Part shown: positions 12,350-24,644 of the stretch, in pieces
Numbering within the stretch: position 1 is the first letter of the stretch
Layout: the number at the start of each line of letters is the position of its first letter
NCBI RefSeq assembly: GCF_009834535.1
Contig: NC_045707.1
Location: 47,308,001 to 47,372,000, forward strand
From: Camelus ferus
Taxonomy: Eukaryota
Reading direction: 5' to 3'
DNA length: 64,000 bases
Program-made: the position numbers and the translations under genes
Notes under the pieces: generated by a model
What the model saw: only the letters and a program-made list of their open reading frames with translations
The model's database searches: none
What the model was told of the DNA's origin: nothing

Positions 12350-13120
12350 AGCTGCCCCTTACCATGTGCCAGGTTCTGAGCACTTTAAATATATTCACCC
12401 ATTTAATTTCACAACAATCCCATGAGGTAAGTACAATGATTATTTCCATTTAGCAGACGAGGAAGTTGAAGCACAAAGTGTATCAGTCACAGTCCAGTCA
12501 AACAGTTAAGTATATTCACTTATTTAATTTCACAATTATTATTTCCATTTAGCAGACAAGGAAGTTGATGCACAAAGTTTATCTGTCATAGTCCAGTCAG
12601 AAAAGCTGATGCTACTGGCATAGTTCACAGGAAGAAACTTGATATAGGGCTTTGACGATAAGGGTATTACAAGAGCAGGAAAGGCAGAGAGCAGATGGCA
12701 AGGCAACCTAGAAATCAGCAACAGAAGGAAGCTGCTGCTGCAGGTTAGAGGGACGAGGGAGACAGCTGAGGTGCTGGGGCTGCCCAACAGCCGGAACCTG
12801 GGAGGAGATGCAGCCCCTGCCAGAGCTGCCACCCCAAACAGAGAGGGAGTGAAACACCCTGACACTTCCCTCCTCCTACCCACTAAGCTCCGCCAGTGCT
12901 TCCCCATGGCTGAGCTAAAGGACATTCACTGGCAAAGGAGCCTGGGACTTCACAGAAGTCAAGGGAAAAATGGAAAATGAGTTGCGAGTAAACAGGCAGA
13001 AGACAGATCCAGAGAAGCTAAGTAATTAGCTCAAGGTAACATAGCTTCTGAGCATCACGGCCCAGGTAGTTCATCCCTAGAATGTGCATCCTTAACAACT
13101 GTTGGATACTGTCTCTCTGA
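12350..13120 (-). mobile_element. MIR SINE split by an ERVL-type LTR
   Basis: CTTACCATGTGCCAGG...ATTTAATTTCACAACAATCCCATGAGGTAAGTAC...GAGGAAGTTGAAGCACA, resuming at ~13011 with GAGAAGCTAAGTAATTAGCTCAAGGTAACATAGC. Confidence 0.8.
12479..13010 (-). mobile_element. Old ERVL-type solo LTR (subfamily uncertain); its start is tandemly duplicated
   Basis: Begins TGTATCAGTCACAGTCCAGTCA (ERVL-LTR-like end), purine-rich body, and interrupts a MIR. Confidence 0.6.
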
Positions 13121-13124
13121 GAAC

Positions 13125-13260
13125 CTTGGGCAAGGCATTGAATCACCTTTGCTTCAGATACATAAAATGCAGATAATAGTAGTAGCTTCTGTGAAAAAGA
13201 TTAAATGAGTTAAAATATGTCAAATAGTTTGAACAGTGCCTGCAGTCATAAAAGCAGTCA
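13125..13260 (+). mobile_element. MIR SINE fragment (another MIR, minus strand, follows at ~13330-13490)
   Basis: ACCTTGGGCAAG...ATAAAATGCAGATAATAGTAGTAGCT...GATTAAATGAGTTAAAATATGTCAAA...GAACAGTGCCTG. Confidence 0.75.
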
Positions 13261-14454
13261 GTCTTGTTCACCATTACAGGGACAAGGATCTCAGGAGGAG
13301 ACAGTGGTCTGGTGATGGAAGCCATGCCCGGCATTGCTGTAAGCTCATTCTCTGTAATGTAGTTGCTAGCTCCTCTTCGGGATGATAAAACGAAAGTTCC
13401 AAGCGTTGACTCGGCCAAGGTGATATAGCAAAAGTGGGAGTAGGACTCAAGAATTGGATCCAGAGTCAGCCTGTTTAACTGCCATAATGAAATTCCTCTG
13501 TAACAGACTCTTCCAGCTAAACTTCTATGAGACATGTTTGGTGCCTTTTTACCTTTGATTTCCTGTAACTGGCTCAGTGCCTAGTGCCTGGAAGGTACTC
13601 ACAGCATATTCACTTTATGAGTTTTAAATGCCCTGATGATTTGCTAGTGCCCACGGAAAGTGAATATTCCCAGATTTGCCTCTGGATTTCTTGATCAGCA
13701 GCAAAGTGTCCAGCTATGAGTGATAGGCACAGCCTCCCTTCAGGGACTGATTCTTGGATGTCTTCACAATGCGTCCCCAGGTGTCCCAGCTTTGCCATTT
13801 CATCCAGTTCTGTGATGTCTTCTCCTGACCCTCCCCTTCTAGAGATAATCCATTTTCTACCTTGCTGAGCACTCAGGGTAACCAAGGCTGAGTCAGAGTG
13901 GGGAAGATTGCAGCTGGAGATGTAAGAGAAAATGAAATGGGCCAAAAAGTCACCATTAGGGAGTTCTTGAGGGCATTTGCAGACCATAATTTAAGAACTG
14001 CACACGTGGAGTAAGATGGGACTGAGAATTTCATCTTCCTAGGACAAATTATTTCTATTTTTAACTCAGTAATTGAATTGGTATATGAAGTGGAAGCAAA
14101 TCACTCTTTGCCTATTTTCTGCACATAAAGAAGAGGGCAAAGATAATTTTCACCGAGTGTTGGAAAGGCTGTGTGAAATTAACTACTGACTTGAGTTTTG
14201 GCATGGGGACATTGGGTAAAACTAATTTTTTGATCCATTTACAACAAGTATGCTTTGGGGTTATGCCCTTTCTTGCAGTTTCTCTCATCTTGCCAGTTGA
14301 AAGAGTTGGGCTTCTTGTGAGAAGCCAAGGTGTGTTTATTTAACAAATGATATCAATAACGTACTTGATAATGGTTCCCTTTTTCCTTTGGCTACTTGCA
14401 AAGAGCAGAGCCAAACTGGTTGTTCAAAGCTGGGAAGCCTATGGGATTTCCTGG

Positions 14455-14499
14455 CCTGCCTACCAGGTCCTGCCTACCAGGTCCTGCCTACCAGGTCCT
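14455..14499. repeat. Perfect 14-bp tandem repeat (CCTGCCTACCAGGT) x3.2
   Basis: Identical units at 14455, 14469 and 14483. Confidence 0.95.
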
Positions 14500-14854
14500 A
14501 ACCTCATGGCCGGACTTGCTCTCTGTCCCGTTTTCTGTCTTCTTGTCCTCCACCTACGTTTAATGGGCTGTAGCTTGCTGAATTGTATGCATCTTTGAAA
14601 ATCACCCCTAGTCCTTTCTGGAGCAATACAAATAAGTATGTAGCTACCGACTCAAGTATTTTTATCATAGACTTGATTCCTCCCTTTGTTTTAGAGGAGC
14701 ACTCTGAACTACTGACATGCATCAATGTCCCATTACTTTCTAGAATGAACAAATTTTGCAGAAGCCTTTTAAAGGCAAAAGCTAAATATTAAAGTCTGGG
14801 GTTTCTAGCTGAGAGGATTTGTAATTTTACAATTGGTTGATCAAGAAATATATG

Positions 14855-15185
14855 TTGAGTGGTTGCCTGAGGCAGGGGGTGGGGGTGGGTGAAATGGGTA
14901 AAGGACGTCAAAAGGTATAAACTTTCAGTGATAGGCTAAGTAAGTCCTGAGAATGTAATGTACAGCTCGGTGACTATAATTCACAATCCTGTACTGTATA
15001 TTGGAAAGTTGCTAAGAGAGTACATCTTAAAAGTCTCATCACAAGAGAAAACAATTTGTAACTATGTGTGGTGATGGATGTTAACTAGACTTACTGTGGT
15101 GATCATTTCGTAGTGTATACATATATCATTATGTTGTGCACTAAAATGAATATATGTTGTATGTCAATTATGTCTCAAAAATATA
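14855..15185 (+). mobile_element. LINE-1 3' UTR (L1MA9-like)
   Basis: GGTTGCC...GGTGAAATGGGTAAAGG...GAAAGTTGCTAAGAGAGTACATCTTAAAAG...GTGATGGATGTTAACTAGACTTACTGTGGTGATCATTTC...ATGTCAATTATGTCTCAAAA. Confidence 0.85.
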
Positions 15186-15519
15186 TACAAACAAATGATT
15201 AAAAAGATCCGATACACGTTTCAAGAATAATCAAGTCATCAGAAATGATAGTGAGTAAACTGAAGAAGTAGTGTTTGCTGAAATGAGATGTACTGGGGGG
15301 AGGCAGTCCCGATGTTTTAATATTGGCTTGTTAAACACATTCCTAGCTATTACACTGATTGTATTTGGCCTTTGCTCTTGTAAAATATAGGTACAGTATA
15401 CAGTAGAGATCGAGGAAAGGAAATAATTTAAGCAAGTAGATTAATACAAATAAATTTGCAATGGTCAGTGCCAAAAATAGAGAGAGAAAGAAATAGAAGG
15501 AAAGAAAAATATACATTGA

Positions 15520-15618
15520 GAAGACAAATATATGTATGTATATGCATAACAGGGACACTGTGCTGAATACCACAAATTGACACATTGTAATTGACTGTAC
15601 TTCAACTAAAAAGAAAAG
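15520..15618 (+). mobile_element. Very short 5'-truncated young L1 tail (~100 bp)
   Basis: Same family as the L1 tail at 24372-24644; 13-bp TSD AAATATACATTGA (15507-15519)/AAATATATATTGA (15619-15631). Confidence 0.8.
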
Positions 15619-16145
15619 AAATATATATTGAAAATATGATTGATTTTTGTAATGTTTTTAAATGAGTTTACATTTTATTAATGCATATACAAAAAATAAA
15701 ATGAATACATGTGTAATTTATTAATCATATTTGATTAATCAAAACCAATCTACACATATTTGAAAAATAGTTGGGTAGACATCTGTTGAAAATAGGGTCT
15801 TTGTTGGGTCGTGGACATGTCTGTAAGCACATGGAGAGAAGACCCTTTTGAGAGCCTTTTAGTGCCCTAGAGGCTGAGCCATGCAGGCTGGGAAGCTGGC
15901 ATCCTGCCCTTACTATTTTTAAGGCATCCTTGGTTAGGTGCTAGTGCCCCCAGGGATGCTGTTGCACTAGAGTGTTTTCCTTTTGTGAAAAATGAAAAAT
16001 AATTAGCTCTAATGCCACCTTCATTGATAAAATTTCCCTTCTAACTTTCTAGACATGCATCAAAACCACTTCATTAAATCTGAACAATGTTTAAATAGGA
16101 TACATTTGTGTTGAGATTTTTTAACTAAATCCTCTGATATATATT

Positions 16146-16450
16146 TTTTGTTTTGTTTTGTTTTTTAAATCTTTTCCTCTAGTGTTATTGAGATATAATT
16201 GGCATACAGCACTGTGTAAGTTTAAGGTGTACAGCACAAATATTTAACTTACATACATTGTGAAATGATTATCACAGTAAGTTTAGTAAACATTCATTAT
16301 CTCATATAGATACAAAATAAAGGAAAAAAAATTTCCTTGTGATGAGAACTCTTAAGATTTATTTACTCTCTTAACTTTCATATATAATATACAGCAGTGT
16401 TAATTATATTAATCATGTACGTTACATCCTTAGTACATATTTTATTCTTA
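16146..16450 (-). mobile_element. LINE-1 3' UTR (laurasiatherian L1MA9-related)
   Basis: TTATTGAGATATAATTGGCATACAGCACTGTGTAAGTTTAAGGTGTACAGC...GTGATGAGAACTCTTAAGATTTA; similar to 61862-62245. Confidence 0.85.
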
Positions 16451-17889
16451 CCAATTATATATAATTTAATGATTATATATTCCTATTAGAGAATAGATCT
16501 AAGAAGACAGGGATCTTTCTTTGTGAAAAGGAAACTGTAGATGAGTGAATGGGTTGACTGAGGCAACACTTTAAGTGGGAGGCTGAGCTGAGACTAGAAC
16601 TTTACTTCTTAAGGTGAATTATGCTGCTTTTTCCTTGACTAAGGCCGGCCTGCACCCCCCAACCCCAGCCACTAAATCTTTTTAGGTAAACAAGGTCCCA
16701 ACGACCCCATCACCTCTCAGCCTTTTTCCCCCAGTGACATACCAGTACGGTGCCCAGACCTGTGTCTCTGTGTCTCCAACACCATTGCCTCCCACTGGGG
16801 TCTTGAAATCCCTCTGCCATTTACAGACCATCAGAAATCGAGATTATTCACTCTAGACAGCAGCTTTTCTGCTATATAGATTGCTCTTTTATGAACAAAG
16901 ACTGGCACATCTGATCTATAGGATTTTTGTGGTTGTTTAATGGAATTTATTGAAACCAACGCCTCAAAGCAGTGTTTGCATGGATAACCATGCCTCAGAA
17001 AAGGTCTGTGCTTAAGCCCTGATAATAAGCAGTGTTCAATGAAAGGCCCTCTTGGCTGAATGGTCCCCGCTGCAGACACTTCCCAGGCTTGGAGGAAAGT
17101 TGGCAGGGCTCTATTTTGCTAATCTGTGTGTGGCGTTTTTCCTCAATCCCTGATGTGGGTTAATTCTGAATTATAATCCTGCTTTCTGGCGGGGGGGGGG
17201 GGGGGTCCCTGAGGAAATTTGGAGAGAAAATGCAACTTGTTTTGTTGAACTGAAAACCACGTAGCTGGTGTTTGGCTAGGAGTTAAAAAAAAAAAAAAGG
17301 AAAAACTCATGAGAAGAAACAAAATGAAACACAAGCACTCTCTTTCAGATGGGGCAGTGCAGGGTATGGGAGGACAGTGGGAGGAGGTGGCAAGCGTAGA
17401 GGAGGCAGCTGAGTTTATTTTTAACACCAAGTTAAAGGCATACTCTGTGTTCTTTCCTTTTAAAAATAGACTTTTAACCTCTTGAAGCCTTTTTTCTCTG
17501 TTCTGCCTGTGGGGTAATACCCGATTTGTGGCAGGCAACTCCCACTGGATCTTTTCCCATTACAAGCTCACTGGCCAAGTACTTAGAAGGATGGAAAAAC
17601 CCCAGACTTTTTCTTCCAAGAGCTCCTGATCAGCATATGTACGCAGCTCCTGTGCACAGAGGGGCTTTTATAAACACCGGTTGCTTATCTGGACCTTGAG
17701 CTTTATGGTATTTTTCCAAACTTGCTGGTTAGGAAATATAGCCTCTTTTTTAAATAGTCAGGGTTAATAAAATAATGGATATAGTCTTTTTGAAGTCCAT
17801 TGCAGTAATTTATTAATTGAGATTATGAATGACACAGCACACACATAAACACATTCGTACCCATGAAATTATAATAAGTATAAATAATA

Positions 17890-18130
17890 TGATAATTGCT
17901 GATCTCTAACACTTATTGAGGGCTTACTATGTGCCAGGCACTCTTTCACATACATTTCATGCTTTGAACAGTGCTCTCAATATTATCATCCATTTTACAG
18001 ATGAAAAAAAATTGGGCTCAAGTCTAGTATATAACTTGTGAAGTTATAAAGTCAGTGAGTGGTATAGGGGAAAGGAATTCAAATGCAAGCAGCCAGGCAG
18101 TTCAAGTCAACTGCTAGCGCATACAGTGAG
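17890..18130 (-). mobile_element. MIR SINE
   Basis: CTAACACTTATTGAGGGCTTACTATGTGCCAGGCACT...TATTATCATCCATTTTACAGATGA. Confidence 0.8.
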
Positions 18131-18730
18131 CCCATAATTAGACAAGGAGCACCTACCTTAAGATACTTTTGCTTCCATCTGTTGGAAAGTTATCAACTGT
18201 ACTAATTTTGTTAGAACATTTTATTGCCACTTGCAAGACAGTTGTCATAATATGAATGTAAATCTACAATGCTGACAAGGTGAAGGTGCCCCCTGAGATG
18301 TGATACCCTTGTGCAGTGCACAACCTGCATTGTACAAAGGTACGTGGCGGCCCTACATGTACACATAGACACAGGCACACACATATGTACTCCTGCAAGC
18401 ATGGCAGTTTATGAAGAAAAAAGCAGATTGCTGTAGTTTAGAAGGAGAGGGGACTAGTCTTTCAGTTTTTTAGAGGTAACCAGACTGATCTGATGTTAGC
18501 AACAGCTCTTCTACATACTTGTCTCGAACTAGTACAAATCATTCATGAATCTCTGAAACTTGTATTTGTGCACAGTACAAAAATGCTCTGCCCCTACTTC
18601 CCTTTTCTTCCCCTTTGGGGAATAAACATTGAATTCACATTGGAACAGTGAGGTCCACGTATATGCATGGGTATATGAGTGTGTTAAGGTGCAGGGGAGA
18701 AAGGAATAGAACAGTTCACAAGCCTAGGAG

Positions 18731-19280
18731 ATTAAAATTTTATTATGGAGAATTAAAAAAATATACTGAAGTAGACCAAAAAGCATCATGAACCCCAGTT
18801 ACCCTCAGGAACCTAACACCCAACTCAGCAACTGTCAGCTAATTATCAACTAATGACCAGTTGCTTCATCTCTTTCTACTCACTCCTCCCTTATTGGAAA
18901 CGAATTCTAGATACCGTATCATTTTATCCAAAAACATTTCAGTATATTTCTCTACAAGATGTAAACTATTAAAAAAAACATGTATTATCATTACATCTCA
19001 ACAGAAATAGCAATAAATCCTTAATGTCATCATATATCCAATCAGTGCCCAAAATGTCAACTGTCTTCCAAATGTCCCAAATTTTCTTTCAGTCTTGCTT
19101 GTTTTCACTTTGTGTTTGTTTGAAATGGGAATCAACTAAGTTCAAACATCACATTGTTGGTAATGTCTCTTAGTCTCTTTGAATCTATAAGTTCTCCCTT
19201 CATCTCTTTATTCCACAGTCTGGATTTTGCTGACATGCTGATATGGCACCCCCATAATGTAGTTTAACATGTTTCTCTGT
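18731..19280 (-). mobile_element. Old LINE-1 3' UTR (L1MC4-like)
   Basis: TTTTATTATGGAGAATT...CATGAACCCC...TATCATTTTATCCAAAAACATTTCAGTATATTTCTCTA...CCACAGTCTGGATTTTGCTGA...GTAGTTTAACATGTTTCTCTGT. Confidence 0.75.
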
Positions 19281-20224
19281 GCCAGAATCCCTTCTGGGAG
19301 GAGTCCAGGCATCTGTATATTCTTTTAAGGTGCTTGGGTGAATTTGAGCCACAGGCTTGGAAAGTCCTGGAAAAGCTCAACGTCTGCTCCAAGACTTCTT
19401 AATGTCTTGGCTGAGGAAACCAAACTCTGAGGCTCTTACTTGAGTACCATGCTGAAAGCAGAAGTCCACCAACTGTTGACAGGTGAAGAACACTGGCTTG
19501 CTTGTTGAGAGCGTGTAGAATCCCCAGGAGAATTTCCTGTTCTCCAGGAGAACAATTTCTCAGCCAGGTTTGGGAAGGGGCAGTAGACCTGCACTGGTGC
19601 CATAGGAAACAAGTACCTTCCAGTGGAGTGATTTGGAACCATGTGAGAACCAGTAAACAGCCGGCAAATTGCCAATTAACAGGCAAAGCCTCTATTTTGT
19701 GGACCTGAACAAGCTGGTACTTGACTTAAGTGGAGTTTAAATAACTGGTAAAACCAAATGTTCTATGAATACTTGACTGATGTTAAATCTGCATGTCTTC
19801 AACAGATTGTGAAATGAATACTTTTGATTCATTTTGAGCAATATAAAAAAAAAAAGATTCTGGCTTTGCTGAAGAAATCAAACAAAGTCTGATTTGGGCT
19901 CTGGTTTATATCCTCCTTCCCCTCAAGAATCTATTGCAACCAATGTTGTTGCTGGCAAAAGGCAGCCTCGCCTTCACTGTGAAAGAAACAGCGATGTCAT
20001 CTGTCCCAGGCTGCTCTGCTTCTTGGTCAGGAGCCTGAACTCTTTGTCCCTTGAAGCCTCAGATGATTAAAATATAATAACAGAACATTATGTTTTCTTG
20101 GTAAGGTCAGGGTTTTCCCTTCCCCACTTCCACATTGGTCATCCACACTTGCCCCATCCCCAGATGTCCTCCTTGCCCTGCACAGGCTGCCTGGAATGGT
20201 GTTTGCCTGGTGCCTGCTGTCGGA

Positions 20225-20730
20225 GAGCCTGGGGTCAAGATCTTCTCTGCAACCTCACTAGCTGGGTGACCTTGGGTAGGCCACTTGATTCTCTGAGCAC
20301 TATATTTACCTGTAAAGATTGTATCGCCTGTTCTGCCTATCGTGTGAAGATGTTATGAGGATCAAATCAAGAGTTAATGTAGGTGAAAGACCTTTATTAA
20401 ACTATAAAGCATTGCACAAGTGCCCTGCTGCTTACTGCCTCCATGGCATCCATTCACTTCTGGCTGACAGTGTAGAAATGGAAATAACACAGATTTTAGA
20501 GTCAAATAAAGCCCCATGACTTTTTAGCTGTATCATTTGCACAAGTCTTGCTCTGAGTCTTGGTTTCCTTACGAATAAAGTGGGCATCATTTTATCCGGC
20601 CCTTGTTTATTTGCATCTTTACTAACTCACACCACACCTTGATCTCCTGTTGTTATGAGTACTAAAGCTGAGATAACATATAAAAAACACCTGACATAGA
20701 TTTGGCACCCAGTAGATTCTCAAAATGGTA
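20225..20730 (+). mobile_element. Two adjacent MIR SINE fragments
   Basis: CACTAGCTGGGTGACCTTGGGTAGGCCACTT...CTGTAAA...GAGGATCAAAT; and CTCTGAGTCTTGGTTTCCT...CCTGACATAGATTTGGCACCCAGTA. Confidence 0.7.
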
Positions 20731-20959
20731 GTTCTTTTTCCTGTCCTGCTCTTGGCAGTTGGACTATGGTATGACCCATCTGGCATGCCTTCCTTTGCAG
20801 AGAAAGATCTCTTCCTCTGGATTGCTGAGGATAGAACTGTCTGCTTGCTCCTCCATCCTTGCCTACGAGGATGCTTGCGTAGAGCCCAGACATTCTTCAA
20901 ATTCTCTTTGTAAATCGATAGAATAGGGAATTACATAATGGAGTCCTGCTCTTATATTA

Positions 20960-21340
20960 CTTGGGAATAAAGATTCCTCAACAGCATGTGCGAAAAAGAC
21001 CCAAAGGTTTGGTTGATTGCAAAATTAACATGAGCCAATAGTGTTATGGAGTGAGCAGAAACTAATGTATTTTAGAAAGCACGAATGGAAGGGTCCAATT
21101 CTACTGGACTCATCCTATTGTGTAGGTCAGATTATATCTGAAGTAAAAGATTCGGTATAAGACGCTGGAGTACTGGGGTGGCTCACTAGAAGGGGAGAGC
21201 TGACAAAGAGCTTGGGATCCAAGGTGTTTGAGTAACTGTTAGAAAAACTGAGGATACTTACACTGTAGAAGATATATTTCAGGAGAGCTATGTTATTGTC
21301 TTCTGTTTTTTGAATGGCCAAGTAATTCGAGAAAATAGAC
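20960..21340 (+). mobile_element. CR1/L3 LINE fragment (RT C-terminal region)
   Basis: GAAAAAGAC...GTTGATTGCAAAATTAACATGAGCCAATAGTGT translates EKD..VDCKINMSQ*C, matching the CR1 motif EKDLGVLVDxKLNMSQQC; later TTAGAAAAACTGAGGATAC...GAAGA resembles LKELGMFSLEK. Confidence 0.75.
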
Positions 21341-21589
21341 CACCACCACTTTGCATTTATAGAAAAGAACAAATTTCTAAGGAGTACGTATATGCATGCA
21401 TTTGAGGTTATGTGATTCAACTGGAAAGAATTAGGGACAGAAGTTATAGGGAAGTAGTTCCAGTGGTATTTCTACTTCTCTTCCATCTTCAAACTCTGGG
21501 CTATTGTAAGCACTGGCTCTTGCAACGTATTTAAAACTGGGCTTCCTTATGGCCACTCTCAGCATGGCATTACATACAAAATATATCCA

Positions 21590-22500
21590 AAATAATATTG
21601 AAATTAGGAACTGGAAAGCAATATACTCAAAATATACGAGAAATTAAAACAGGTAATGAGGAACAATCCTGTACAAATTTGTCAATTAACTGAAATATGC
21701 AAAATAGTTTTGTAGAAAACTATAGTTAAAACTGATTCAAGAAGTGGGGGAGGGTATAGCTCAATTGGTAGAGCATGTGCTTAGCATGCACAGGGTCCTG
21801 GGTTCAATCCCCAGTACTTCCTCTAAAAATAAATAAGTAAGTAAACCTAACTACCTCCCCCCTCAAAAAATAAAATAAAATAAAATAAAATAAAATAAAA
21901 TAAAATAAAATAAAATAAAATAAAATATATATATATTAAAAAAAACTGATTCAAAAAGAAATAAATGACCTAAACCTATGACCTTGAAAGACACTAAATC
22001 AGTGATAAAATCTACCCAAATTATGAATTCAGATACATTTCTTACAGGTGAGTCTTACCACATTTCTAAGGAATATATAATCCCAAGCTTCTATGATCTG
22101 TTCCACAGAATATAAACAGAGAATGAAAAGAAAGAATACCCTAAACTCATTCAGTTAGACTGGCTCAAATTTGAATGCAAAATAAGACAAAAATAGCAGG
22201 GAACATTGTAAGCCAAATTTATTTCTAAATAAAAAGGTATAAATTCTAATAAAATTTAGCAAAAATCAAAACAAAAAACCAAAACCAATAATACCCTATG
22301 ACCAAAATGAGGAAAGTCAGGATGGTTTAATGTTAGAAAAATTCATTAGTGTAATTTACCACATTAGCACATTGCCAGAGAAAAAGCACATAATTATCTT
22401 AATAGAAGCAAGAAAAATCATTTGTTAAAATTTTACTCCTTCATATTTAAAAAAAAATAGAAAATGTAATAATAGGAAATGGACATTTATTTTGTATACA
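21590..22500 (+). mobile_element. Highly degraded old L1 ORF2 fragment, interrupted by a SINE
   Basis: A-rich; AAAACTGATTCAAGAAGAAATA, CAGGTGAGTCTTACCA and GGATGGTTTAATGTTAGAAAA...GTAATTTACCACATTA are L1 ORF2 landmarks. Confidence 0.7.
21746..21941 (+). mobile_element. Camelid tRNA-Ala-derived SINE (Vic-1-like)
   Basis: GGGGGAGGGTATAGCTCAATTGGTAGAGC (A box)...GGTTCAATCCCC (B box), (TAAAA)n tail; 17-bp TSD AAAACTGATTCAAGAAG (21728-21744)/AAAACTGATTCAAAAAG (21942-21958). Confidence 0.9.
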
Positions 22501-22654
22501 TTCATTTTATAAAACTTGAAATTATTCTGAATATTGAACACTCTTTTGTCTAGCTAATGTAGGTTGTCCATTTCAGGGAACAATTTGGGGATGGAAATCT
22601 CTCCAAATTCTCCTTGATAAAGGCAAAAAATACTCTCTCCCTTTACCTGAGCCT

Positions 22655-23215
22655 GACATTTATTTTGTTTATTTACTTTCACCACTTTATTGAGATATAA
22701 TTGATATACCAAAAAGCTGCACACATTTAATGTGTATTTAATGTATACAGTTTGATGAATTCGGACATATGCATTCATTTATGATACCATCGCCACAATC
22801 AAGGTTAAAAAAACACTCTAAAATATTCCTTAGGTTCCTTTGCTTTTGTTGTTGTTGTAAGAAAACTTAGCGAGATCTTTCTTCCTAGCAAATTTTTAAG
22901 TGCACTATACCATAGTATTGTTTAACTTATAAACTGTAACTTTATACCCACTGGACATCTCCCCATGTCCCTTTTCCCCCTTCCCCCGGCATTCCTTTTT
23001 ATGCTTATCTAAGTTTGACTACATAAGATATCTCATATAAGTGGGGCCATGGGGCTTTTTGTCCTGCTGTGACTGACGTACTCACTTAGCATAATGTTTT
23101 CCAGGTCAGTCCATGTTGTTGCAAATGGTAGGGTTTCCTTCTTTTTTAAAACTGAGTAATATTCAGTTGTATGTGTATACCACATTTGATTTATCCATTT
23201 GTCTGTCAATAGACA
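22655..23215 (-). mobile_element. LINE-1 3' end (L1MA10/L1MB-like)
   Basis: CTTTATTGAGATATAATTGATATACC...CTCACTTAGCATAATGTTTTCCAGG...CCATGTTGTTGCAAATGG...TTTATCCATTTGTCTGTCAATAGACA. Confidence 0.85.
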
Positions 23216-23499
23216 GATTATCTTCTCCGTTTACTTTCATCCTCTATTCAAGCTTTGAGTCTGTTTTCGAGTTGTAATCTCTCCTTATGCTCTGATTTCT
23301 TCCTGGGCCTGGCAACTTGAATTTGGGTTCTTGAACCTATTGTGAATCATGACCAGGATTAACCCAGCTCTTCTACTCTGCAAGAAGTGCTGAGCCTTCA
23401 GCTCCTGCCAGGGGATTGGGATGTGACTCCATTTTGTGGTTTATCAAATCTGGACTTGCTTGTTATCATAGAATCATTTTAAAGCCTTTGGGGTGTCCT

Positions 23500-23705
23500 A
23501 TTTAAATGCTAATATATTTCTCCATTTGCTTGTATATGCATAGAAAACGTTGGAAACTGATAGAGATTACCAGGGGAAGGGCATTCATTGGGTCGGTGGC
23601 AGGGACTGAGGGAGTGGGGAAGGAAAAGTCACTTTTAATTTCCCACCCTTTCTTCTTGAATTTTTTTTATAGTAAGCGTGTATCATTTTTATAAGAAAAA
23701 TAAAT
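23500..23705 (+). mobile_element. Ancient L1ME-type 3' UTR fragment
   Basis: GCTTGTATATGCATAGAAAA...GGAAGGAAAAGTCACTTTT...TTGAATTTTTT...GTGTATCATTTTTATAA with A-rich tail. Confidence 0.55.
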
Positions 23706-24371
23706 ATTTGCAATGAAACACTGTGGTCTGACTGATATAATAAGCTCTTAGTATTTGAACCTAAGATTCCCTCTTCCAGAGGCAGCTGTAGGACAAATAT
23801 GCTACTAAGGACAATTTCAACTTCTAGGAGAAATCCTTATAAAGAGATGCAATTTCAAATCCAGTAGGAGAGTGGCAAGGGCAGCGTATGGCCACGAACC
23901 CTTTTCCTAATTTGAAGAGGACATTTGTGAGGGAGTCACTGTGTGGATGTAGAGATGAATTATGGGGCTGTCGTTCTTGTCCTGTAGCTGCTTGTCTCTG
24001 AAAGCGGTTTAGGGGAAAGCCAAGAGAAATGGAGCCCTGCCCCTTTAATCAGCCCCAGGAGCCAGGCAAGGTAAATATTTGTGGCTGAAACAGCACAAAT
24101 TCATGGAAGCTGGGATTTTAGCCTAGGAGCATTGTGCTGCCAAGTTGCCATGAGACCCAGAAAGCTGGAGCTATTCTCTGCCTCAGAAAGTGCTCCTGAG
24201 CTTAAGAGAAGTGGGAAGAATAGCAGAGAAGTGGTATTGAGGTTAGACGATGATGAGGAGGGTACCTCTATGCCTGATGCCAAGACGCAAATTTTACCTA
24301 TTTTTATTTTGTCTCAATATTGATTTCTTCTGCTTAAAAAAATCTCAGTGTTCCAAATGTAGACGTATTTA

Positions 24372-24644
24372 TTTTTTCCCTTTTTAAAAATTATAGTCAG
24401 TTTACAATGTGTTAATTTCTGGTGTACAGCATAATGTTTCAGTCATACATATACATACATATATTCCTTTTCATATTCTTTTCTGTTATAAGTTACTACA
24501 AGATATTGAATATAGTTCCCTGTGCTATACAGTATAATCTTGTTGTTTATCTATTTTATATATAGTAGTATCTGCAAATTTCGAACTCCCAATTTATCCC
24601 TTCCCGCCCCTTCCCCACTGGTAACCATAAATTTGTTCTCTATG
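24372..24644 (-). mobile_element. Young camelid/artiodactyl L1 3' end, 5'-truncated
   Basis: TATAGTCAGTTTACAATG...GGTGTACAGCATAATG...CAAGATATTGAATATAGTTCCCTGTGCTATACAG; 14-bp TSD TGTAGACGTATTTA (24358-24371)/TGTAGACATATTTA (24645-24658), differing by one CpG-type change. Confidence 0.9.

Noticed and set aside
14455..14499. CRISPR-like array (also 43820-43886 and 33420-33473)
   Set aside because: Head-to-tail repeats without unique spacers, in eukaryotic DNA with no cas genes.
21746..21822. tRNA-Ala gene (also 59002-59075)
   Set aside because: Followed by a SINE body and A-rich tail and flanked by TSDs, so these are SINE heads.
22036..22053. TTTCTTACAG|GTGAGT recursive-splice-like motif
   Set aside because: Lies in a degraded L1 where a similar ACAGGTGA sequence is part of the element, and the pyrimidine tract is short.
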